A DNA stretch of 32,000 bases, taken from assembly GCA_965224465.1 (NCBI GenBank), contig OZ245049.1:1800001-1832000 (forward strand), given 5' to 3'. How positions within the stretch are numbered: the first letter of the stretch is position 1; each line of letters starts with the position of its first letter. The notes under the pieces are model-generated. The model was not told the DNA's origin, did not search any database, and was given only the letters and a program-made list of their open reading frames with translations. This document shows, piece by piece, positions 16,919 to 25,298 of this stretch. This DNA is from Flavobacteriaceae bacterium (lineage in GTDB: Bacteria; Bacteroidota; Bacteroidia; Flavobacteriales; Flavobacteriaceae). The translations under genes and the position numbers were made by a program.

Positions 16919-18352
16919 ATGGGTACCGAAAAAACAATAATTGAAAAACACCAAGGGCAATCATTGATAACTGAGCAACGATCTGGAAATACAAAAAAGA
17001 TGTATATTGAGAGTTACGGTTGTCAAATGAATTTAAATGATAGTGAAATTGTTGCTTCCATCTTAACCAAAGAAGGGTACAACACCACACAAATATTAGA
17101 AGAAGCTGACCTTGTATTAGTGAACACATGCTCAATTCGTGAAAAAGCAGAACAGACCGTACGTAAAAGACTCGAAAAATACAATGCCATAAAAAAAATA
17201 AACCCTGGAATGAAAGTGGGTGTATTAGGATGTATGGCAGAACGCTTGAAAGCTAAATTTTTAGAAGAAGAAAAAATAGTTGATTTGGTTGTTGGTCCAG
17301 ATGCGTACCGAGACCTCCCCAATCTATTAAGAGAAATTGGTGAAGGAAGAGATGCTGTAAACGTACTCTTATCTAAAGACGAAACTTATGGAGATGTATC
17401 TCCTGTGCGATTAAACTCAAATGGAGTTTCTGCTTTTGTATCCATCACTAGAGGCTGTGATAATATGTGTACTTTTTGCGTGGTTCCTTTTACTAGAGGA
17501 AGGGAACGAAGTAGAGATCCAGAAAGCATTCTAAAAGAAATTCAAGATTTATACGAACGCAATTTTAAGGAAGTAACCTTACTCGGGCAAAATGTAGACA
17601 GTTACTTATGGTATGGTGGAGGATTAAAGAAGGATTTTAAAAACGCGTCTGAAATTGCGAAAGCCACAGCGGTAGAATTTTCACATTTACTAGATATGGT
17701 TGCAAAGACCTATCCAACAATGCGTTTCCGATTTTCAACATCAAATCCTCAAGATTTAAATTTAGATGTGCTGCACACCATGGCAAAACATAAAAACATA
17801 TGCAAACACATTCACTTGCCTATTCAAAGTGGTAACACAGCTATGTTGAAACGAATGAACAGAGCGCACACAAGGGAAGAGTACATAACATTAATAGACA
17901 ATGTCCGCAGTATTATTCCTGATTGCGCAATTTCTCAAGATATTATTGTAGGGTTTTGTGGGGAAACTGAAGAGGAACATAAAGACACCTTATCTTTAAT
18001 GGAATATGTAAAATACGATTTCGGATTTATGTTTGCATATTCTGAAAGACCTGGTACATTGGCTGCAAAAAAAATGCCTGACGACGTACCTAACGACATC
18101 AAAAAACGTCGATTAAACGAAATTATACAGTTACAATTAAAACACAGTGCATACAGAACTAGTGATTTCTTAGGAAAAACAGTTGAAGTTTTAATTGAAG
18201 GTACCAGTAAAAAATCCGAAGCACACTGGAAAGGAAGAAACTCACAAAATTGTGTTATTGTTTTCCCTAAAGCAGATGAGAAACTAGGAGATACTGTAAA
18301 TGTATATATTGAGAGCTGTACGTCAGCAACTTTAATAGGAGTTAAAAAATAA
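16919..18352 (+). CDS. miaB: tRNA-i6A37 methylthiotransferase MiaB, 477 aa
   Basis: N-terminal UPF0004 domain (YIESYGCQMN...VNTCSIREKAE). Radical SAM motif ITRGCDNMCTFCVVP. C-terminal TRAM domain. Confidence 0.9.
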   Translation: MGTEKTIIEKHQGQSLITEQRSGNTKKMYIESYGCQMNLNDSEIVASILTKEGYNTTQILEEADLVLVNTCSIREKAEQTVRKRLEKYNAIKKINPGMKVGVLGCMAERLKAKFLEEEKIVDLVVGPDAYRDLPNLLREIGEGRDAVNVLLSKDETYGDVSPVRLNSNGVSAFVSITRGCDNMCTFCVVPFTRGRERSRDPESILKEIQDLYERNFKEVTLLGQNVDSYLWYGGGLKKDFKNASEIAKATAVEFSHLLDMVAKTYPTMRFRFSTSNPQDLNLDVLHTMAKHKNICKHIHLPIQSGNTAMLKRMNRAHTREEYITLIDNVRSIIPDCAISQDIIVGFCGETEEEHKDTLSLMEYVKYDFGFMFAYSERPGTLAAKKMPDDVPNDIKKRRLNEIIQLQLKHSAYRTSDFLGKTVEVLIEGTSKKSEAHWKGRNSQNCVIVFPKADEKLGDTVNVYIESCTSATLIGVKK

Positions 18353-18357
18353 AAAAC

Positions 18358-19599
18358 ATGGAATCGCTACAGACTGTTAAACAACGATTTGGGATTATAG
18401 GAAACGATCCAATTTTAAACCGGGCTATCGAAAAAGCAATTCGTGTTGCACCAACCGAAATTTCGGTATTGGTAACAGGAGAAAGTGGTGTTGGAAAAGA
18501 AAGTATTCCAAAAATAACACATCAACTTTCCTACAGAAAGCATGCGAAATACATCGCCGTTAACTGCGGTGCGATACCAGAAGGAACCATAGACAGTGAG
18601 CTGTTTGGTCACGAAAAAGGCGCATTTACAGGCGCTATTCAAACAAGAAAAGGCTATTTTGAGGTGACAGATGGCGGTACTATCTTTTTAGATGAAGTAG
18701 GAGAACTCCCATTAACAACTCAAGTAAGACTACTGCGAGTTCTAGAAAATGGAGAATTTATAAAAGTAGGAGCATCAAATGTTCAGAAAACAGATGTTAG
18801 GATTGTAGCTGCCACTAATTTAAATATGCACGAAGCCATTGCTAAAGGTAAATTTAGAGAAGATTTATATTATAGGTTAAGTACCATAGAAATTAACCTA
18901 CCTCCATTAAGAGAACGCAAAGAGGACATACACCTATTATTCCGTAAATTTGCTTCTGATTTTGCTCAGAAATACAAAATGCCTACAGTTCGTTTGACTG
19001 ATGACGCCATAAATTTATTAGTAAATTACAAGTACCCAGGAAACATTCGACAATTGCGAAATATCGCAGAGCAAATTTCTGTCATAGAAGAAACCCGAAG
19101 TATTGATGGTTTAAAACTAAAACAATATTTACCAGAAATGAGAGGTAATTTTCCCTCAGTTATTTCTACCAGTACAAGCAATAGTGATTTTGCAAACGAA
19201 CGAGAAATTATGTACAAAATCTTGTTTGACATGCGAAACGACATCAACGATTTAAAAAAACTGACTTTAGACTTGATGAAAAACGAAAACACAAGTCAAG
19301 TTAAAGAACAAAACAGTCAATTAATTCAAAAGATTCACAAGGAGCAAGAACAATATTTACCTGTAGTACAAAACCCAATAGAAGTTCTGTCCATTCCAAA
19401 TTCCGACTATGAAAATAGTAAAACTTTTGATTTTGCAGAAGCCATAGACGAGGATGAATCATTATCTCTTCATGAAAAAGAAGTAGAATTGATCAAAAAA
19501 TCGTTGGAGAGAAACCATGGAAAACGAAAACTAGCAGCCAAAGAATTGGGCATCTCAGAACGCACACTCTATCGCAAAATTAAACAGTACGATTTATAG
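18358..19599 (+). CDS. Sigma-54-dependent transcriptional activator (bEBP) lacking an N-terminal sensory/receiver domain
   Basis: The AAA+ core starts about residue 10. It has Walker A GESGVGKE, the GAFTGA loop (EKGAFTGA), Walker B IFLDEVGEL and a C-terminal Fis-type HTH LAAKELGISERTLYRKIKQY. Confidence 0.88.
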   Translation: MESLQTVKQRFGIIGNDPILNRAIEKAIRVAPTEISVLVTGESGVGKESIPKITHQLSYRKHAKYIAVNCGAIPEGTIDSELFGHEKGAFTGAIQTRKGYFEVTDGGTIFLDEVGELPLTTQVRLLRVLENGEFIKVGASNVQKTDVRIVAATNLNMHEAIAKGKFREDLYYRLSTIEINLPPLRERKEDIHLLFRKFASDFAQKYKMPTVRLTDDAINLLVNYKYPGNIRQLRNIAEQISVIEETRSIDGLKLKQYLPEMRGNFPSVISTSTSNSDFANEREIMYKILFDMRNDINDLKKLTLDLMKNENTSQVKEQNSQLIQKIHKEQEQYLPVVQNPIEVLSIPNSDYENSKTFDFAEAIDEDESLSLHEKEVELIKKSLERNHGKRKLAAKELGISERTLYRKIKQYDL

Positions 19600-19619
19600 C
19601 CTTTTGCTACCAATCAACC

Positions 19620-19627
19620 TATATTTG
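19620..19627 (+). promoter_or_regulatory. Candidate -7 box (TATATTTG) for lptE-X-secG
   Basis: Exact TAnnTTTG, 17 nt upstream of the GTG start at 19645. Confidence 0.4.
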
Positions 19628-19644
19628 AAACACATTATACTATC

Positions 19645-20151
19645 GTGAAAAAACACATCTTACTCGGACTTCTTATCATTACTGCACTTACATTTCAAGC
19701 TTGTGGTATTTATAGTTTTACTGGAGGTGACACAGGAAATGCTAAAACAATTCAAATTGATTATTTCCCAAACACAGCAACTTTAATAGAGCCAGGACTA
19801 AGTCAGAAATTCACCACAGAGTTGAGAGATTTATTTTTAACCCAAACAAATTTAAGTCTTATAAAATCCAATGGAGACCTACAGTTTGAAGGAGAAATAA
19901 CGGGATACCGAATCAACCCTATGTCCGCTACGGCACAACAGACCGCTGCGAAAAACAGGTTGACAATTACCATAAACTGCCGTTATTACAACAGAGAAGA
20001 ACCCTCAAAAAACTTTGAGAAAAGTTTCTCTTTTTATCATGATTACCCAGCAAATGCACAACTAACTGGAGGGATTTTAGAGGAAGCATTTGAAGAGATT
20101 ATAGAACGAATCACACAAGATATTTTTAGCGCCTCAGTTGGAGCTTGGTAA
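19645..20151 (+). CDS. lptE: LptE-family LPS-assembly lipoprotein (GTG start)
   Basis: Lipoprotein signal KKHILLGLLIITALTFQACG. 168 aa. Conserved Bacteroidota position between the sigma-54 activator and secG. Confidence 0.7.
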   Translation: MKKHILLGLLIITALTFQACGIYSFTGGDTGNAKTIQIDYFPNTATLIEPGLSQKFTTELRDLFLTQTNLSLIKSNGDLQFEGEITGYRINPMSATAQQTAAKNRLTITINCRYYNREEPSKNFEKSFSFYHDYPANAQLTGGILEEAFEEIIERITQDIFSASVGAW

Positions 20152-20154
20152 ATT

Positions 20155-21105
20155 ATGAATAATTTGAAAATAAATTCTTTGATAAACACACCGCAACAAA
20201 TCACTGTTGAAAAAACAGTAGAATTGGAGGCGATACTGAAAGAATACCCCTATTTTCAAGCCGCACGTGTTTTACATTTGAAAGGGCTTAAAAACCAGCA
20301 AAGTTACACCTACAATCAAGCGTTAAAACTTACCGCAGCACACACTACGGACAGGTCCATCTTATTTGATTTTATCACTACAGATTTCCTAGAAAAACCA
20401 ATAGTAGCTCCAGTAATTGCGCCAGAAAAGCATCTAGAAACTAAAGAAAAAAACATAAAAAAGAGTATTGAATCAACTAAAAATGAACCAATACTAGAAA
20501 AAAAACGGGTCCTCCCATCAGACCCCATTCAAGGTTTTATGCCTTCTTTTGAAGAGATAGAACAATTATCTTCAAAAAAAGGGTTTGAAAACACGGACAA
20601 AAACGCACGTTTTTCAGATATAATATTCCCCTTAAGTTTAGGGAAAGAAAGTCCACAAAAAATTCAAAAACTGCTTCAAAAAACGGCATCCACTCTAGAA
20701 ATAGGGAGCCCTATTGAATTCACAAAAAAAGAACAATATTCTTTTAGTGAATGGATGAATTTGAATTCATTTACCCCTATAAAACGAGAGAAACCTGTAA
20801 AAAAGACTCTAAAAAAAATAGTAGAAAAATTTGACAACTTAGGACTTATCGATAAATTTATAGCTACAAATCCAAAAATACCACGGGTCGGAAAATCAGA
20901 CTCAATACAGAAAAACATAGTAAAAGAAAACAGCGGAAATGATAGTTTAATGACAGAAACTTTGGCCAAGGTATACCTAGAGCAAGAGAAGTATGGAAGT
21001 GCTATAAAAGCTTATCGAATTTTAAGTTTGAAATATCCAGAAAAAAGTAGTTTCTTTGCAGACCGAATAAAAGCAATAAAATATTTACAAAAAAATAAAT
21101 CATGA
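20155..21105 (+). CDS. Uncharacterised conserved protein (charged Lys/Glu-rich centre, TPR-like C-terminal helix pair)
   Basis: 316-aa ORF, 3 nt after the lptE stop and overlapping secG by ATGA. The C-terminus LAKVYLEQEKYGSAIKAYRILSLKYPEKSSFFADRIKAIK looks TPR-like. Confidence 0.65.
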   Translation: MNNLKINSLINTPQQITVEKTVELEAILKEYPYFQAARVLHLKGLKNQQSYTYNQALKLTAAHTTDRSILFDFITTDFLEKPIVAPVIAPEKHLETKEKNIKKSIESTKNEPILEKKRVLPSDPIQGFMPSFEEIEQLSSKKGFENTDKNARFSDIIFPLSLGKESPQKIQKLLQKTASTLEIGSPIEFTKKEQYSFSEWMNLNSFTPIKREKPVKKTLKKIVEKFDNLGLIDKFIATNPKIPRVGKSDSIQKNIVKENSGNDSLMTETLAKVYLEQEKYGSAIKAYRILSLKYPEKSSFFADRIKAIKYLQKNKS

Positions 21106-21458
21106 CATCATATACAATATTTTTAGTCGTAATAATGATCGTAGCATTTTTGCTCATCCTAATTATAATGGTTCAAAATCCTAAAGGAGGAGGATTGTCT
21201 TCATCTTTCGGTGGTGGAGGAACTCAAGCATTAGGAGGAGGAGTTCAAAATACGACGAACTTTTTAGACAAGAGTACATGGACTTTGTCAATTGTTTTAT
21301 TAGTATTGATTTTATTATCAAATTTTGCTGCACCATCAGGAGCAAATAGCGTAACTCAAGATTCAAAAGTAGAAACAACTATAGAAAACAGAGACATTAT
21401 TGAAACTCCTGCTCCAACAGCTGTAGTTCCAACAACAACAAATGACTCTATCAAATAG
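21102..21458 (+). CDS. secG: Preprotein translocase subunit SecG
   Basis: Two TM helices flank the Gly-rich loop NPKGGGLSSSFGGGGTQALGG typical of SecG. Confidence 0.85.
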   Translation: MTSYTIFLVVIMIVAFLLILIIMVQNPKGGGLSSSFGGGGTQALGGGVQNTTNFLDKSTWTLSIVLLVLILLSNFAAPSGANSVTQDSKVETTIENRDIIETPAPTAVVPTTTNDSIK

Positions 21459-21476
21459 TCTGTTTTTTATAACATA

Positions 21477-21517
21477 CAAAAAATGCCAACATGTCAGCCA
21501 TGTTGGCATTTTTTTTT
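21477..21517 (+). terminator. Intrinsic terminator after secG (11-bp perfect stem + T9)
   Basis: ATGCCAACATG (21483-21493), loop TCAGC, CATGTTGGCAT (21499-21509), then a run of nine T. An A-run upstream extends the stem. Confidence 0.8.
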
Positions 21518-21561
21518 GTTATCACCCTACAATATAATACAATTTGTCAGCCATTGTATTA

Positions 21562-21577
21562 TGGCACATTTTTCGCA
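21562..21577 (+). promoter_or_regulatory. Candidate sigma-54 (-24/-12) promoter upstream of groES
   Basis: TGGCAC-ATTTT-TCGCA versus the consensus TGGCAC-N5-TTGCW. GG (21563-64) and GC (21575-76) are separated by exactly 10 nt. The motif ends 31 nt before the groES ATG. Confidence 0.45.
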
Positions 21578-21608
21578 AATTGTTAAACATAAAATTAAAA
21601 TCAAAAAC

Positions 21609-21884
21609 ATGAGTGTAAATATTAAACCTTTAGCCGATAGAGTTCTTATAGAACAAAAAGCTGCAGAAACTACCACCGCATCTGGTATTATTATCCCTGA
21701 CACTGCAAAAGAAAAACCACAACAAGGAATTGTAATTGCTGTAGGAAACGGAACTAAAGACGAGCCGATGACAGTGAAAGTTGGAGACACCGTATTGTAT
21801 GGCAAATATGCAGGGACGGAGTTAAAACATGAAGGAAACGACTATTTAATCATGAGAGAGAGCGATATCTTCGCTATCATTTAA
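21609..21884 (+). CDS. groES: Co-chaperonin GroES, 91 aa
   Basis: [40 protein letters not shown]... is a canonical GroES. Start taken at Met43 of the track ORF, whose extension begins inside the secG terminator hairpin. Confidence 0.93.
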   Translation: MSVNIKPLADRVLIEQKAAETTTASGIIIPDTAKEKPQQGIVIAVGNGTKDEPMTVKVGDTVLYGKYAGTELKHEGNDYLIMRESDIFAII

Positions 21885-21896
21885 TTAAAAACATAA

Positions 21897-23537
<1,641 letters not shown>

Positions 23538-23623
23538 TACCAATTACAATCCAAATGATTGCCGTACTTCATTTACCCAATCATTCGGAAATTCAATAGA
23601 TATCATTATTAAGGTATCACAGT

Positions 23624-23652
23624 AAAAAACCCTGCTTTTAGCAGGGTTTTTT
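23624..23652 (+). terminator. Intrinsic terminator after groEL
   Basis: AAAAAA-CCCTGC-TTTTA-GCAGGG-TTTTTT. Confidence 0.75.
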
Positions 23653-23669
23653 GTATTTCAATTCTAAAT

Positions 23670-23697
23670 AAAAAAACCACCTATAATAAGGTGGTTC
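23670..23697 (-). terminator. Intrinsic terminator after the Cys/Lys-rich protein gene (minus strand)
   Basis: The minus strand reads GAACCACCTTATTATAGGTGGTTTTTTT: an 8-bp stem AACCACCT/AGGTGGTT with a 6-nt loop and a T-run, 26 nt past the stop at 23723. Confidence 0.75.
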
Positions 23698-23722
23698 TAT
23701 ACACTAAAATTAAAGTGATCTT

Positions 23723-24127
23723 TTAAGCATTTTTTAAGTCCATTTTACATACTGGACACGCACCATCTTTTTTATAAACTTTATCTTTTTCGCATTTCAT
23801 TGGACATGCATACCCATCCACGCTAGCTGTTTTTTTTGTTTTAGAAGCACAACAAGGTTTTGTACAACCAGGTTTGCAAGATGCTCCTTTAGCAGCCTTT
23901 CCTTTACATTGCGCTTTTGAAGCAGACTTACATGCAGTTTTCTTAGCTTTACATTCAGCTTTCTTAGCTTTGCATTCAGCCTTCTTAGCTTGAGGGCATT
24001 CCGATTTCTTTTTTGTTTTACAACAAGATTTCTCTGTTTTTACACCTTCTGATACTACAGCTTCCTGTGCAGAAATCATTGAAACAAATAATACGCTAAA
24101 TAGTGCAGTTAATAATACTTTCTTCAT
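23723..24127 (-). CDS. Secreted Cys/Lys-rich protein with C-terminal four-Cys heavy-metal-binding-domain-like module
   Basis: Signal peptide MKKVLLTALFSVLFVSMISAQ/EA. The mature part has 15 Cys, including the heptad-like repeats KKAECKAKKAECKAKKTACK. The C-terminal module is YACPMKCEKDKVYKKDGACPVCKMDLK. Confidence 0.75.
   Translation of the reverse strand: MKKVLLTALFSVLFVSMISAQEAVVSEGVKTEKSCCKTKKKSECPQAKKAECKAKKAECKAKKTACKSASKAQCKGKAAKGASCKPGCTKPCCASKTKKTASVDGYACPMKCEKDKVYKKDGACPVCKMDLKNA
23931..23993 (-). repeat. 3 x 21-nt in-frame tandem repeat inside the Cys/Lys-rich gene
   Basis: CATGCAGTTTTCTTAGCTTTA / CATTCAGCTTTCTTAGCTTTG / CATTCAGCCTTCTTAGCTTGA on the plus strand. These encode the (A/T)xCKAKK heptads. 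A degenerate fourth unit follows. Confidence 0.85.
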
Positions 24128-24154
24128 GTTTATTTAAATTAATTTGATTACTTA

Positions 24155-24424
24155 TTAATGGTCATGTCCTTCATGACTCTCATGTTCAACCGTCTTTTTC
24201 ACTTCTTTTAAATCCATTTTACAAACAGGGCAAGAACCTTCTTTTGTATAGGTTTTTTCTTTCTCACACTTCATTGGACATTGGTATGTAGTTGCTGCTA
24301 TAACTTCTTTAACTATGGCTTTAACTTCCGTTTCCTTTGGTTCAGTCGTTTCTTTTTTTGATTCTTTACAAGAAATAACACTCATTGCTAAAAACAACAT
24401 TAATGCGAATACACCTTTTTTCAT
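24155..24424 (-). CDS. Small lipoprotein with the same four-Cys module and a His-rich C-terminal tail
   Basis: Lipoprotein signal MKKGVFALMLFLAMSVISC. Module YQCPMKCEKEKTYTKEGSCPVCKMDLK. Tail VEHESHEGHDH. Paralog of the downstream 134-aa protein, and the DNA similarity across the module is visible. Confidence 0.75.
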   Translation of the reverse strand: MKKGVFALMLFLAMSVISCKESKKETTEPKETEVKAIVKEVIAATTYQCPMKCEKEKTYTKEGSCPVCKMDLKEVKKTVEHESHEGHDH

Positions 24425-24704
24425 TTGATCTTTATTTTAATTAATTAGAGACTAAGAATTCTTAACGTTAACAGTAAGAAAACTGAAAATTCGTTGCTAA
24501 AATAGTATATTTTTTGTTAATAAATAACGAAACACGAACTTTCAAAACGATCTATACGATGGCAAAATAGCATAATAAAAGTGTTACATGCGTTAAAAAA
24601 AACATAAAGTATAAAGCCTAAACAGTCTACATGTCCAAACAAACTAGTCCAAAAACATAATTAAGACTGAAAAAAATAATAGTTTAGCAGATCAAATACG
24701 CCTT

Positions 24705-25157
24705 ATGAATACATCTATTTTAAAAAATAAAATTTTAAAAATAACACGTTCAAGAGAAACTTCTTCAAAAAAACGACAAGCTATTTGTGATGTATTAAAA
24801 AATCAAATACCTTATTATGACTGGGTTGGTTTTTATTTTAAGAACGGCAATTTAAAAGAGCTGAAACTTGCGGAATACGCAGGAGAAGAAACAGAACATA
24901 CAATCATACCATTTGGCAAAGGAATATGTGGACAAGTAGCTTTGAGCAATAAGAACTTTGTAGTTCAAAACGTAGAAAGCGAAGCTAATTATATTTCCTG
25001 TGGATGGAAAGTAAAAAGTGAAATCGTACTACCCATTTTTATCAATGGTAAAAACATGGGCCAAATAGACATAGATTCACATACCGTTTCACCGTTCACA
25101 ACAGCAGATGAAGAGCTCTTAGAGTACACCTGTAAATTAGTTGCTAATCTGCACTAA
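24705..25157 (+). CDS. GAF-domain protein, free methionine-(R)-sulfoxide reductase (fRMsr/YebR)-like
   Basis: Single 150-aa GAF-like fold. WVGFYF, GKGICGQVA and YISCGWKVKSEIVLPI resemble the fRMsr active-site blocks (..ACxG.. and ..IACD..SEIVVP.). Confidence 0.6.
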   Translation: MNTSILKNKILKITRSRETSSKKRQAICDVLKNQIPYYDWVGFYFKNGNLKELKLAEYAGEETEHTIIPFGKGICGQVALSNKNFVVQNVESEANYISCGWKVKSEIVLPIFINGKNMGQIDIDSHTVSPFTTADEELLEYTCKLVANLH

Positions 25158-25267
25158 AAACACGGAACCACTCCCCTTTTATTTCAAACACTACAAGCCT
25201 AAAAAAAGAATCTGATCCAGATTGAAATTTTGGCAACTTTTATGTTGTAAAAGCACGGCATAATTCA

Positions 25268-25275
25268 TAGATTTG
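25268..25275 (+). promoter_or_regulatory. Candidate -7 box (TAGATTTG) for purH
   Basis: Exact TAnnTTTG, 23 nt upstream of the ATG at 25299. TTG at 25245-25247, 20 nt upstream of the box. Confidence 0.5.
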
Positions 25276-25298
25276 CAGATTAACACAACACAACAACT

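Noticed and set aside
25231-25246. TGGCAACTTTTATGTT upstream of purH as a sigma-54 promoter
   Set aside because: The -12 position reads ATGT, with no GC at the GG+10 spacing. An exact housekeeping -7 box (TAGATTTG) with a properly spaced TTG explains purH transcription.
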